A stretch of 53,356 nucleotides of DNA from Acidobacteriota bacterium (GCA_046726795.1 JBKPBH010000099.1:1-53356), one strand, 5' to 3'. Counted from the first letter of the stretch, positions 1 to 9,929 are shown. A program made the numbers and translations. Notes: generated from the sequence alone by a model not told the origin.

Positions 1-365
1 GCCAAGTTCAGCAACAGTGGGACCTTGCTTGCCGCAACGTTCGGAAGTTTCAACTCGAACCCGGAATCCTGCCTCATCGTTGGGGGACGGTCTTGTACGT
101 AAGCGAGGTCCTCGGGCCGGGCGATATCCTGAAACTGGACCTCTCCGGCACGAAGCTCGCGAACTGCAACGTTTCGCGCTCCGACTGGATCGACCTCGCC
201 GCGGACCAGTGCACGACGTTCTATTCCGACAAGGGGCCCGCGATCCATCGGTTCAACGTCTGCACGAACATGCCCCTGGCGGACTTCACCAGCGTCGGAC
301 CGAACTTCTACGCTCTGAGGATATTGCCTAACGGAGACGTCCTGGCCGCCGCCGGTCCCTCGGTC
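1..365 (+). pseudogene. Frameshifted, truncated fragment of a beta-propeller-like repeat protein
   Basis: Frame 1 reads AKFSNSGTLLAATFGSFNSNPESCLIVG. Frame 3 continues GTVLYVSEVLGPGDILKLDLSG...SDWIDLAADQCTTFYS...YALRILPNGDVLAA. The frame switch falls in the G5 run at 82-86. Protein-like sequence stops where a repeat element starts (~374). Confidence 0.55.
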
Positions 366-373
366 AGAGCTGG

Positions 374-447
374 GCGGGATCAGGCGAGCGATCGAGGCCG
401 CACCCGGCCGAGTCGCTCGCCGGTACGCCGTAAGGCGCTGATCCCGC
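374..447 (+). repeat. Structured repeat element B, copy 1
   Basis: Outer inverted repeat GCGGGATCAG/CTGATCCCGC, inner stem GGCGAGCGA/TCGCTCGCC, and hairpin CGCC-GTAA-GGCG. A close homolog lies at 38713-38779. Confidence 0.85.
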
Positions 448-3283
448 GTTGGTGCGGAGCGACGGTGAGGGCGCGGCGCAGGAATTGCCCGGTATAGGAA
501 GCGCGCACAGCGGCCACGTCCTCGGGAGTCCCCTCGGCCACGATCTGACCGCCGGCATCGCCCCCTTCGGGGCCAAGGTCGATCAGCCAGTCGGCCGTGC
601 GAATGACGTCGAGGTTGTGCTCGATGACGACGACCGTATTCCCCTTGTCGGTCAGCGACCGCAGCACGCCCAGGAGCTTCTTGATGTCGTCGAAGTGGAG
701 GCCCGTCGTGGGCTCGTCTAAGAGATAGAGGGTCCGCCCCGTCGAGCGTCGCGCGAGCTCCCGCGCGAGCTTGACCCGCTGCGCCTCGCCGCCGGACAGG
801 GTCGTCGAGGACTGGCCGAGCTGAATGTAGCCGAGCCCGACGTCCACCAGTGTCCGGCAGATGTTGGCAATCGAGGGGATGTTCGCGAAGAGCTCGAGCG
901 CCTGCTCGGCCGTCAGCGCCAGGATGTCGGCGATCGACTTCCCCTTGTAGTGGACCTGCAGCGTCTCCCGGTTGTAGCGCTTCCCGGCGCAGACGTCGCA
1001 GGTCACGTAGATATCGGGGAGGAAGTGCATCTCGATCTTGATCTGCCCGTCCCCCGCGCACGCCTCGCAGCGGCCCCCTTTGACGTTGAAGGAGAAACGG
1101 CCCGGCTCGTAGCCGCGGGCGCGCGCCTCGGGGGTCCGCGACATCAGCTCCCGGATCGGGTTGAAGACGTTCGTGTAGGTCGCCGGGTTCGACCTCGGCG
1201 TGCGGCCGATCGGCGACTGATCGATGTTGATGACCTTATCCACCTCGAAGAGCCCTTCGATCCGGTCGTGGCGGCCCGGCCTCTCTGAGGCGCCATGCAG
1301 CGCCCGGGCGAGCGCGCGGTACAGGATGTCGTTGACGAGGGTGGATTTGCCGGAGCCCGAGACGCCGGTCACGGCCGTCACGACGCCCAGGGGGAAGCGC
1401 ACGTCGATGGCCTTCAGGTTGTGCTCGCGCGCGCCGATGACCGTCAGGGTCTTGCCGGAGCCCGCGCGGCGGGACTGGGGCGTCGGGATCTCCTCCTCGC
1501 CAGCCAGGTAGCGCGCGGTCAGCGACTCCGGGAAGTCGGAGAGCTCCTCGGGCTTTCCCTGCGCCACGATCCGACCGCCGTGGACGCCGGCGCCAGGCCC
1601 CAGGTCCAGGACCCAGTCGGCCGAGCGGATCGTCTCCTCGTCGTGCTCGACCACGATCACCGTATTGCCCAGGTCCCGCATCGAGAGGAGCGTGTCGATG
1701 AGCTTGCGGTTGTCGCACTGGTGGAGGCCGATGGACGGCTCGTCCAGGACGTAGAGGACTCCCATCAACTTGGAGCCGATCTGCGTCGCCAGGCGGATAC
1801 GCTGTGATTCCCCGCCGGACAGCGACGCCGCACCGCGCGAGAGGTTCAGATACCCGATTCCGACGTTGGCGAGGAAGCCCAGCCGGTCGCGGATCTCCTT
1901 CAAAATCTTCCCCGCGATCTCCCGCTCCCTCGGGGTCAGCGAGAGGTCCTCGAAGAAGGCGATCGAGTCCGAGATCGTCTCGGAGGCGACTTCGTCGATC
2001 GCACGGCTCCCGACCTTGACGGCGAGGGCCTCGGGCTTCAGTCTCCGCCCGCCGCAGGCCGGGCACGGCTCGGCGGACATGTACGCCTCGAGCTCCGCCC
2101 GGTGCTCGGGATTCTCCATCTCCCGGTAGCGCCGCTCGAGCATCGGGATCAAGCCTTCGAAGGAGGAGCGCCAGTGGTATTCCCCGCGCTCGGCGACGTA
2201 GGAGAACTTGATCTCGTCTCCGCCCGAGCCGTAGAGGATCACCTGCCGCGCCGGCTTGGGCAGCTTCCCGAAAGGCTGATCCAGGCGGAACTTGTAGTGC
2301 TTGGCGAGAGTCGCCATCTGCCGGGTGCGCCAGTTCGTCGAGCCGGGTTTCAGGATCGCAATCGCGCCATCCGCGATGGACTTCTCCGGCGCGACGACGA
2401 CCCGCTCCGGGTCCGCCTTCAGGATCGTCCCGAGGCCGGAGCACTGTGCGCAGGCCCCGTAGGGGGAGTTGAACGAGAAGAGACGGGGCGTGATCTCGGT
2501 CAGGGACGTGCCGCAGTCCGGGCAGGCGTAGTTGGCGGAGAGGACCTCCTCGGGCCCGTCCGCGACCGAGATCGTGACGAGGCCCCCCGAGACCCGCGTC
2601 GCGGTCTCGATCGAGTCGGCCAGGCGCTTCTTATATTCCTCGTCGGAGGCCGGGCGAGCCACGAGGCGGTCCACCACCAGCTCGATCGTGTGCTTCTTCT
2701 GCTTGTCCAGCTCAGGAGGATCCTCGAGATCGTAGAGCTTCCCGTCGATGCGCGCCCGGAGGAAGCCCTCCTTGAGCATCTCGGCCATCTGCTTCTTGTA
2801 CTCCCCCTTCTTGCCAGAGACGTACGGGGCGAGAACCGCGAAGCGGCTCCCTTCCGGAAGGCGCAGGGCTTTGTCCACCATTTCCTGGATCGTCTGGGCC
2901 TGGATCGGCCGGCCGCAACTGGGGCAGTGGGGCTGGCCGATGGAGGCGTAGAGCAGGCGCAGATAGTCGTAGATCTCCGTGACCGTGCCGACGGTCGAAC
3001 GCGGGTTCTTGGAGGTCGTGCGCTGCTCGATCGAGATGGCCGGGGAGAGCCCTTCGATCGAGTCCACGTCCGGCTTCTCCATCTGCTCGAGGAACTGCCG
3101 GGCGTAGGCCGAGAGAGACTCGACGTAGCGCCGCTGTCCCTCGGCGAAGATCGTGTCGAAGGCGAGCGACGACTTGCCCGAGCCGGAGACGCCCGTGATG
3201 ACCACGAGCCGGTTGCGCGGGATGTCGCAGGAGAGGTTTCGCAGGTTGTGCTGCCGCGCTCCCCGAATCCGAAGAGAGTCCAT
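380..3283 (-). CDS. uvrA: Excinuclease ABC subunit A
   Basis: N-terminus [14 protein letters not shown]; two Walker A motifs GVSGSGKS; two LSGGE signatures; CxxC zinc fingers. ATG at 3283 preferred over the longer ORF start. Confidence 0.98.
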   Translation of the reverse strand: MDSLRIRGARQHNLRNLSCDIPRNRLVVITGVSGSGKSSLAFDTIFAEGQRRYVESLSAYARQFLEQMEKPDVDSIEGLSPAISIEQRTTSKNPRSTVGTVTEIYDYLRLLYASIGQPHCPSCGRPIQAQTIQEMVDKALRLPEGSRFAVLAPYVSGKKGEYKKQMAEMLKEGFLRARIDGKLYDLEDPPELDKQKKHTIELVVDRLVARPASDEEYKKRLADSIETATRVSGGLVTISVADGPEEVLSANYACPDCGTSLTEITPRLFSFNSPYGACAQCSGLGTILKADPERVVVAPEKSIADGAIAILKPGSTNWRTRQMATLAKHYKFRLDQPFGKLPKPARQVILYGSGGDEIKFSYVAERGEYHWRSSFEGLIPMLERRYREMENPEHRAELEAYMSAEPCPACGGRRLKPEALAVKVGSRAIDEVASETISDSIAFFEDLSLTPREREIAGKILKEIRDRLGFLANVGIGYLNLSRGAASLSGGESQRIRLATQIGSKLMGVLYVLDEPSIGLHQCDNRKLIDTLLSMRDLGNTVIVVEHDEETIRSADWVLDLGPGAGVHGGRIVAQGKPEELSDFPESLTARYLAGEEEIPTPQSRRAGSGKTLTVIGAREHNLKAIDVRFPLGVVTAVTGVSGSGKSTLVNDILYRALARALHGASERPGRHDRIEGLFEVDKVINIDQSPIGRTPRSNPATYTNVFNPIRELMSRTPEARARGYEPGRFSFNVKGGRCEACAGDGQIKIEMHFLPDIYVTCDVCAGKRYNRETLQVHYKGKSIADILALTAEQALELFANIPSIANICRTLVDVGLGYIQLGQSSTTLSGGEAQRVKLARELARRSTGRTLYLLDEPTTGLHFDDIKKLLGVLRSLTDKGNTVVVIEHNLDVIRTADWLIDLGPEGGDAGGQIVAEGTPEDVAAVRASYTGQFLRRALTVAPHQRGISALRRTGERLGRVRPRSLA

Positions 3284-3330
3284 GGGGAGACGCATTCTAG
3301 CCTTCTGCAACGATTGAAGTCATCGCGCTG

Positions 3331-3472
3331 GAAAGCCGCCCCGGAGCCGTCGGCATTTAGCGCCGGCGAACCCGGCGCTGCCTACTGTCAGGGTCTCCTT
3401 CGGCCTGGTTCTGGCACAGAAAGGAGTCGCTTGCCGGCGCACTTGCAATTCGAGTGTTACAGGCCGCCCCTG
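3331..3472 (-). ncRNA. Candidate 6S-like RNA (long imperfect hairpin)
   Basis: Non-coding stretch with nested complementary segments on the - strand: GGGGCGGCCU/GGGCGGCUUU (G-U rich), GCGCCGGC/GCCGGCGC, CUCCUU/AAGGAG. Identity and strand not verified by a covariance search. Confidence 0.45.
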
Positions 3473-3526
3473 AGCCCGAAGGTCGATTCCGAACGCCTGC
3501 GGCCAATAGCCGATAATCGACGGCCG

Positions 3527-4156
3527 ATGCTCACGCCCGCGGAAAAGCAGTTCGCGCTGCTCGCCTTCTCGTCGCTCTTCTCAGTCATCAACCCGATCTC
3601 GGCCGCGCCGATCTTCGTGGCGATGACGGCGGAATTCCCGGACGGTCGGCGCCGCGCGGCCCTGCGTGCCTGCCTGGCGGCGGCGACGGTCATGGCCGTG
3701 TTCGCGGCCGCGGGTGGAGCGATCTTCACGTTCTTCGGGATCACTGTGCCCGCCTTCCAGATCGCTGGAGGCGTGATCTTCGCGATTCTTTCTGTTCGGA
3801 CACTCCAAGGCGGCGAGAAGGAGACTCCCGAAGGGGAAAAGGCGGATCCCTCCGTCGTGCCGCTCGGCATCCCGGTCATCGCCGGACCCGGCACGATCAC
3901 GACGGTCATGGTCCTCGTCGGGCAGGCGCAGGACGGTGCTCGGCGTCTGGCGCTCGGGGGAGCGATCGCCGTCAACGTCGTCCTGACGTTCCTGATCCTG
4001 CTGGCCGCGCCGGCGATCGTGGCGTGGATCGGGACGACCGGACAGCGGATCGTCTCGACGATCATGGGGCTGATCACGGCCGTGATCGGCATCCAGTTCG
4101 TGATCAACGGGGTGACGACGGTCTTCATCAACATTCTCAGATCAGCCAGGAGTTAG
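3527..4156 (+). CDS. marC: MarC family membrane protein
   Basis: 3' part of the 2102..4156 ORF from ATG 3527. Motifs LFSVINPI, FQIAGG, VPLGIPVIAGPGTIT and IMGLI; several hydrophobic helices. Confidence 0.92.
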   Translation: MLTPAEKQFALLAFSSLFSVINPISAAPIFVAMTAEFPDGRRRAALRACLAAATVMAVFAAAGGAIFTFFGITVPAFQIAGGVIFAILSVRTLQGGEKETPEGEKADPSVVPLGIPVIAGPGTITTVMVLVGQAQDGARRLALGGAIAVNVVLTFLILLAAPAIVAWIGTTGQRIVSTIMGLITAVIGIQFVINGVTTVFINILRSARS

Positions 4157-4241
4157 GTGCTAGGGGGATAGGGAGAACGAAGCTTCGTCCCCAACCACCG
4201 ACCACCCGCCCACGTCAACAGGCGCCCTGCTAGACTTGAGC

Positions 4242-7091
4242 ATGTCCACGGCCGTCCGAGTGCTCATCCTCCACGACTCTCCCGAGATTGCGGGACTGCT
4301 CGTGCGGGAGCTCGAGCAGGGCGGGTTCGCGCCGGACTTCGAGCGTGCGAGCTCCCAGGAAGCCCTGCTGAAAGCCCTCTCGGCGAACCGTTGGGACGTC
4401 ATCCTTTCGGACTGCCGGCTCGCGAACTTCGAGGCTCTGGATGCGCTGGCGACGCTCAAGAAACGCGGTGAGGACATACCCCTCATCATCGTTTCCGATT
4501 CGATCGGCGAGGAGACGGCCGTCCGAGCGCTCCAGGCCGGGGCGCGGGACTGCATTCCCAGGGAATCCCTGCGCCGCCTCGCTCTGATCGTCGAACGGGA
4601 GCTGAACGAGGCGCGGATCCGGAGCGAGAGGCGCCAGGCGCGGCGGGCCCTGCGGGAAAGCGAAGGTCGTTTCCGAACTCTGGTCGAAACGGCTTCCGAC
4701 GCGATCCTGACGGTGGACAGCGAGGGCCGAATCGTCTTCGCCAACCGGGCGGCGGAGAGGATCTTTGGACATCCCGTCCCGGCGATGATCGGAGAGCCGT
4801 TCACGATGCTGGTCCCGGACTGCCCCTCGCTTTCTCAATTCGAGCGGTGCCCGGCGCTGGAGGGTGGGGGCGAGTCGTCCTCGCGGCCGGCAACCGCCGA
4901 ACTCGTCGGGCGGCGCGCCGACGGACGTGAGGTGCTGCTCGATGTTTCCGTCGGCCTCTTTCCGGGGGGGGATCGCCCGATGCGCACGGTCATCGCCCGC
5001 GACGCGACCGAGCGAAGGAAGGCGGAGGGGGCGCTTCGCGAGTCCGAGGAGCGCCTTCGCGCGCTCGTCGACAAGGCCCCGATTGTCCTCTTCGCCCTCG
5101 ACCCGGACGGCATCGTCACGCACCTGGAGGGAAGCGGGCTCGAGGCGGTTGGTCTGAGCGCGCGGGAGGCTTTGGGCCGGAGCGCCCTCGAGCTCTACGG
5201 CCGATATCCGAAGGCCCTGGCGTTCCTACGCCGCGCCCTGTCCGGCGAAGGGTTCCAGGAGACCATCGAAGTCGGGGCCCTGACGTTCGAGGTCGAGTTC
5301 TTCCCTCGCCGCGATTCCCAGGGAGCCGTGACGGGCATCATCGGCGTCGCCACGAACGTCACCGAGCAGCGTCGGACCAAACGGGCGGCGGACCAGTCCG
5401 AGATGCGCTACCGGATGCTCTTCGAGGGGAACCTGGCCGGCGTCTACCGGACCACGCTCGACGGAAAGATCCTCGACTGCAACGAGTCCTTCGCCCAGAT
5501 CTTGGGATACGGCTCGCGCGAAGAGGTCCTGAGCCTCCCCGCCTGGGACTTCTATCTGACGCCGGAGGATCGAAAGAGCTCGCTCGCGCGCCTGAAGGAG
5601 CGCAAGGCACTGACCAACTACGAGCAATGCCTGCGCCGCAAGGATGGAAGCCATGTCTGGGTCCTCGAGAACGGGAACCTGATCGAGGGCCTCGATGGGA
5701 AGCCGGCGGTGATCGAGGGGACGGTCATCGACATCACCGAGAGGAAGCGGGCCGAGGAGCAGGTCAAGCACCTCGCCTTCCACGACTCTCTGACGGGACT
5801 GCCCAATCGCCTTCTCTTCAACGACCGCCTCCGGGTCGCCATGGTCCATGCGCACCGTTACCGCGAGAAGCTCTCGGTCCTCTTCCTCGACATCGACCGG
5901 TTCAAGGTCATCAACGACTCTCTGGGCCACTCGATCGGAGACGAGCTGCTCCGGCGCATCGCGGAGCGGGTCGGGGGATGCATCCGCCAGGAAGACACGA
6001 TCGCGCGCCTCGGGGGGGATGAGTTCACCGTCCTGCTCCCCGGGATCGCGCGGGAAGAGGACGCGGCCACGATCGCCAACAAGATCCTGGAGGCCGTGCG
6101 TCTCCCCTTCTTCATCGAGCACCGCGAGCTCTTCATCACGACCTCCATCGGCGCCACGGTCTACCCCACCGACGGCTCCGACGCCGAGGCCCTCGTGCGC
6201 AACGCCGACACCGCGATGTACCGGGCCAAGGAGCAGGGGCGCGACAACTATCAGCTCTACGCGCCCGCGATGAACTCCCGCGCGCTCGAGCGGTTGTCCT
6301 TCGAGAGCCGGCTGCGGCAGGCCCTGCAGAACCAGGAGCTCGTCGTGTACTACCAGCCGTTGATCGACCTCTCCAACGGGCAGATCCGGGGTGCCGAGGC
6401 GCTCCTGCGCTGGCAGCACCCCGAGCAGGGGTTGGTCTCGCCCGCTGATTTCATCTCGATCGCGGAGGTCTCCGGCCTGATCGTCCCGATCGGCCAATGG
6501 GTCCTTCGGACGGCCTGCGCGCAGGCGCGCGCGTGGCACCGGAGCGGATATCCGCACATGTCGGTGGCCGTGAATCTTTCCTCCCGCCAGTTCCAGCAGG
6601 CCGACCTCGTTTTCCAGGTGACCGAGGCCCTCGAGCTGGCGAAGCTGCCGCCGGAGGCACTCGACCTCGAGATCACGGAGTCCAACGCCATGCAGAACGC
6701 CGAGCTCTCCATCTCCGCTCTCTGGGACTTGAAGAACCTCGGCGTGCGTCTCTCGATGGACGACTTCGGCACCGGGTACTCCTCCCTCAACTACCTGAAG
6801 CGCTTCCCGATCGACCGGATCAAGATCGATCAGTCCTTCGTCCGCGACGTCACCTCCAACCCAGACGATGCAGCGATCACGGCGGCTATCATCGCGATGG
6901 CGCACAGCCTGAAGCTGACAGCGGTGGCCGAAGGGGTCGAAACCGAGGCGCAGCTGGAATTCCTGCGAGAGCAGCACTGCGACGAGATGCAGGGCTATCT
7001 CTTCAGCCGGCCGGTTCCCTCCGAAAGATTCGAGGAGTTCCTGGAATCGGGCAAGACGCTCGCCGTCGAGCGGCGACGGGCGACGCGGTAA
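4242..7091 (+). CDS. REC-PAS-PAS-PAS-GGDEF-EAL diguanylate cyclase/phosphodiesterase
   Basis: N-terminal receiver (DVILSD), three PAS/PAC units, RLGGDEF with RxxD I-site (RQED), AEALLR and DDFGTGYSSL. Confidence 0.95.
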   Translation: MSTAVRVLILHDSPEIAGLLVRELEQGGFAPDFERASSQEALLKALSANRWDVILSDCRLANFEALDALATLKKRGEDIPLIIVSDSIGEETAVRALQAGARDCIPRESLRRLALIVERELNEARIRSERRQARRALRESEGRFRTLVETASDAILTVDSEGRIVFANRAAERIFGHPVPAMIGEPFTMLVPDCPSLSQFERCPALEGGGESSSRPATAELVGRRADGREVLLDVSVGLFPGGDRPMRTVIARDATERRKAEGALRESEERLRALVDKAPIVLFALDPDGIVTHLEGSGLEAVGLSAREALGRSALELYGRYPKALAFLRRALSGEGFQETIEVGALTFEVEFFPRRDSQGAVTGIIGVATNVTEQRRTKRAADQSEMRYRMLFEGNLAGVYRTTLDGKILDCNESFAQILGYGSREEVLSLPAWDFYLTPEDRKSSLARLKERKALTNYEQCLRRKDGSHVWVLENGNLIEGLDGKPAVIEGTVIDITERKRAEEQVKHLAFHDSLTGLPNRLLFNDRLRVAMVHAHRYREKLSVLFLDIDRFKVINDSLGHSIGDELLRRIAERVGGCIRQEDTIARLGGDEFTVLLPGIAREEDAATIANKILEAVRLPFFIEHRELFITTSIGATVYPTDGSDAEALVRNADTAMYRAKEQGRDNYQLYAPAMNSRALERLSFESRLRQALQNQELVVYYQPLIDLSNGQIRGAEALLRWQHPEQGLVSPADFISIAEVSGLIVPIGQWVLRTACAQARAWHRSGYPHMSVAVNLSSRQFQQADLVFQVTEALELAKLPPEALDLEITESNAMQNAELSISALWDLKNLGVRLSMDDFGTGYSSLNYLKRFPIDRIKIDQSFVRDVTSNPDDAAITAAIIAMAHSLKLTAVAEGVETEAQLEFLREQHCDEMQGYLFSRPVPSERFEEFLESGKTLAVERRRATR

Positions 7092-7579
7092 CCGAGCTTC
7101 TTACCCATTTCATAGGCGTGGAGGCCGGGGCCGTAATAGTGGCGTAGCTCGCGACGGCGGCGTCGGAACCCCAGCGCTTCATAGAACGCAACCGCCGCTG
7201 CATTCTCGACCGAGACCTCGAGGCGCGCCTCGCGGGCTCCGGCTCTCGCAAAACGGGCGAGCAGCTCTTGGAGGAGCTCCCGCCCAAGCCCCCTCCGGCG
7301 CTGCTCCGGATGCACGTCGAGGGTCACGACGTGCGCGACTCGCCGCCCCGCCAGGTATCCGATCGCGAAGCCGGCAATCGTTCGGGCCTGCTCGGCGACG
7401 ACGCCCTGCGCCGTCGGGATGTCGAGGAATCGCGCGAGCTCCTTCCGCGAGTACGCGATTCCGGGCTCGAAGCACACCTGATCGAGTCGGTAAAGCTCTT
7501 CGAAGTCTGATGGAAGGATGTCCCGGAGAACAACGGAACCGGTGTGCGGTGCTCGGTCTTCGGTGCTCGGGGGAGCCAT
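6995..7579 (-). CDS. RimI-like GNAT N-acetyltransferase
   Basis: Acetyl-CoA motif TLDVHPEQRRRGLG, plus LEVSVEN, FYEALGF and YY. Confidence 0.85.
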   Translation of the reverse strand: MAPPSTEDRAPHTGSVVLRDILPSDFEELYRLDQVCFEPGIAYSRKELARFLDIPTAQGVVAEQARTIAGFAIGYLAGRRVAHVVTLDVHPEQRRRGLGRELLQELLARFARAGAREARLEVSVENAAAVAFYEALGFRRRRRELRHYYGPGLHAYEMGKKLGYRVARRRSTASVLPDSRNSSNLSEGTGRLKR

Positions 7580-7624
7580 TTCTCAGAGCCTACCCGAACA
7601 CCCAGCTCCGAACACCAAACACCG
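7540..7624. repeat. Inverted heptamer array (CGGTGYT / AACACCG)
   Basis: cggtgtg cggtgct cggtctt cggtgct ... aacaccc agctccg aacacca aacaccg. Confidence 0.8.
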
Positions 7625-7627
7625 GCT

Positions 7628-8110
7628 TCACCGACTCCGCATTGCGCGGTCGGCTTCCCGCCTCAAGTCCCGGTCGCGGATGGCATCGCGCTTGTCGTGC
7701 AGCTTCTTCCCCTTGACCAGAGCGATCTCCGCCTTGGCCTTCGAGCCCTTGAAGTAAAGGGAGAGCGGGACACACGAGACGCCCCGCGTCGCAACGGCGC
7801 CGGCCCAACGGTCGAGCTCCCGGCGATGGAGAAGGAGTTTGCGATCTCGCTCCGGAAGGTGGTTGGTCCAGGAGCCGGCCCCGTATGGCGAGATGTGCGC
7901 GCCCACGAGGAACGCCTCGCCTCCGCGGAAGCTCACGTAGGAGTCCTTCAGCTGAGCGCGTCCCTCCCGCAGCGATTTGACTTCGGTGCCCGTCAACACG
8001 AGGCCCGCTTCCGCGCGGTCCTCGACGAAGAACTCGTGAAACGCCTTCCGGTTCGTCGCGACCGTTTTGACCGCCGCCGCTCCGGCCGGCTGAGGATTCT
8101 TCCTGGACAT
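7628..8110 (-). CDS. smpB: SsrA-binding protein
   Basis: NRKAFHEF, EAGLVLTGTEVKSLR, RKLLLHRRE, KGKKLHDKR. Confidence 0.98.
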   Translation of the reverse strand: MSRKNPQPAGAAAVKTVATNRKAFHEFFVEDRAEAGLVLTGTEVKSLREGRAQLKDSYVSFRGGEAFLVGAHISPYGAGSWTNHLPERDRKLLLHRRELDRWAGAVATRGVSCVPLSLYFKGSKAKAEIALVKGKKLHDKRDAIRDRDLRREADRAMRSR

Positions 8111-8278
8111 GACGGAGGCAGTCTACCGAGGCGGGCGCGGAGAGCCCGCGGGCGTGGCTCGGAAACCACGCCATTGTTGCGTTCGCGCCACAAGGCAGGA
8201 TGATCCGACTGGTGGAAAGACCATCCCAACCCTCTGAAACCAAAGGGCCTGATCGGATCAGCGGCCGGCGCGCGCGGC

Positions 8279-8293
8279 TGGCACCGAAGCTGC
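8279..8293 (+). promoter_or_regulatory. Putative sigma-54 (-24/-12) promoter for lpxC
   Basis: TGGCAC-CGAAG-CTGC has exact GG-N10-GC spacing and ends 16 nt before the lpxC start. Confidence 0.55.
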
Positions 8294-8309
8294 GGAAGAA
8301 GGCTCCGGC

Positions 8310-9194
8310 TTGAGAGCGCAAACAACCCTCCGGACCAGCGTCTCGATCGAGGGTGTCGGACTTCATTCCGGCCATCCCGCGCGCGCGCATTTCCGACCGG
8401 CACCGCAGGAACACGGCCTCGTGTTCGTCCGTCGCGATCATCCCGGTTCCTCGATCCCCGCCCTTCTCACATCCGCCGCGACCTTCGACTACGCCACGAC
8501 CTTGACGTCGGGAGGCGTTTCGATCGGGACGGTGGAGCATGTGCTCTCGGCGGCGGCCGGCGAGGGCCTGGACAACTGCCTGATCGAGATCGACGGGCCG
8601 GAGGTTCCGATCCTGGATGGCTCCGCCCTCCCATACGTGCGTCTCTTCCACGCGGCCGGATTCGAGAGGCAGGCCGCGCGTGTCCGACCGCTCCGTCTCG
8701 AGCGCCCGGTGGAAGTCTTCCGCGGCGACCGGAGCATCCTTTACGAGCCAGACGGCCCCGGTTTGACGATCACGTACGAGATCGATTTTCCGCATCCCGT
8801 CGTCGGCCGGCAGAGCCTGACGCTGACGGTCCGGCCAGAGGAGTACTCCGCTCGCATCGCGCCCGCGCGCACCTTCGGCTTCGCCCGGGACGTCGAGGCC
8901 CTGCGCTCCCGCGGGCTGGCGCGCGGCGGAAGCCTGCACAACGCCGTCGTACTCGACGACACGGGCGTCGTTTCCGGCCCGCTACGGTTCCGCGACGAGT
9001 TCGTCCGGCACAAGATCCTGGACCTGGTCGGGGACCTGGCTCTCCTCGGTCAACCCCTCGCGGGGCACATCCGCGCGCGCAAGGCCGGGCACGCGCTCCA
9101 TATCGAGTTCGCCCGGGCGCTGGACGCGGCGCGGCGCGCGCCCGGCGAGAACCTGGACCTTCCGCGGGCCGAGAGCCTCGGCGGCATCAGCTAA
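8310..9194 (+). CDS. lpxC: UDP-3-O-acyl-N-acetylglucosamine deacetylase
   Basis: GVGLHSG, TVEHVLSA, EVPILDGSA, ARTFGF, RHKILDLVGDL, GHALH; TTG start. Confidence 0.97.
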   Translation: MRAQTTLRTSVSIEGVGLHSGHPARAHFRPAPQEHGLVFVRRDHPGSSIPALLTSAATFDYATTLTSGGVSIGTVEHVLSAAAGEGLDNCLIEIDGPEVPILDGSALPYVRLFHAAGFERQAARVRPLRLERPVEVFRGDRSILYEPDGPGLTITYEIDFPHPVVGRQSLTLTVRPEEYSARIAPARTFGFARDVEALRSRGLARGGSLHNAVVLDDTGVVSGPLRFRDEFVRHKILDLVGDLALLGQPLAGHIRARKAGHALHIEFARALDAARRAPGENLDLPRAESLGGIS

Positions 9195-9210
9195 CTCCGC
9201 GGGACTGCTG

Positions 9211-9317
9211 AGACCCTGGGTCGCACCTCCCTGCCGTAGGAAGAGGCCTGGGCCGCCCGCCCTTCCCTCTCGCCCACCGCAAACCCCCTCCCCTACGGCT
9301 CGAGGCGCCACGGGTCT
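9211..9317. repeat. Long imperfect hairpin (REP-like) between lpxC and DUF4390
   Basis: Nested inverted repeats AGACCC/GGGTCT, CCTC/GAGG and GCCGTAGG/CCTACGGC. Confidence 0.55.
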
Positions 9318-9353
9318 GAGGACGTGCGGTTCACAGGCGGCTAGAATGAACGC

Positions 9354-9929
9354 GTGTCCTTTTTCCGCATGGTGCCCCGCTTTTTTGCCGCAGCGGCTGT
9401 GGCCGGCCTCCTGCCCCCCGGAATCGCGGCCGAGCAGGAGAAACCCAGGATCGAGGCTCTCCGGGCCGAAGCGCGCGGGCCCGACGTCTTCGTCGGATTC
9501 CGGGTGGCGGGGGCCTTGAACCCCGAGCTGGCCACGAAAATCGAGTCGGGCCTCGAGACGGTCGTGCGGTACGAGATCCGTCTCTACCGCCACAACGCGC
9601 ACTGGCTCTGGGACGACCACATGGACAGTCGAAAATACAGGGTCGCCGTGACCTACGATCCGATTACGCGCGAGTACGTCGTCGTCGAGACCCTGGACGG
9701 CCGGCCGCTCCTGCGCTCGACGACCCACAATTTCACCGAGGTCGCCCGCCGGCTTCTGTCGCGCGAGAACCTTCTCGTCTTCCGGGTCCGCCCCGACGAC
9801 TGGAGGACGAATCTGTACGTCCGGATGCGCGTGGCCTTCGACTCCGGCTACCTCTTTACGATCATTCCCTTAGACGACCGGACGGCGTGGAAGGACTCGA
9901 ACCGTTTCGAGGTCAAGACCTCGTCATGA
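9354..9929 (+). CDS. DUF4390-like exported protein
   Basis: Signal peptide, IESG and YDPITREY motifs. ATGA overlap with the ntrY-like kinase, which is the usual context for this family. Confidence 0.8.
   Translation: MSFFRMVPRFFAAAAVAGLLPPGIAAEQEKPRIEALRAEARGPDVFVGFRVAGALNPELATKIESGLETVVRYEIRLYRHNAHWLWDDHMDSRKYRVAVTYDPITREYVVVETLDGRPLLRSTTHNFTEVARRLLSRENLLVFRVRPDDWRTNLYVRMRVAFDSGYLFTIIPLDDRTAWKDSNRFEVKTSS

Noticed and set aside
3331-3472. SRP RNA, tmRNA or a riboswitch
   Set aside because: It lacks the SRP helix-8 motif, the tRNA-like ends of tmRNA, and the cores of the riboswitches I know.
2102-3526. Long antisense or alternate-frame ORFs (5' part of 2102..4156, 9848..11995, 22704..25127, 28725..31250, 38982..41033 and similar)
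   Set aside because: They are shadows of real genes in high-GC DNA, Arg/Gly/Pro-rich and without recognisable motifs.
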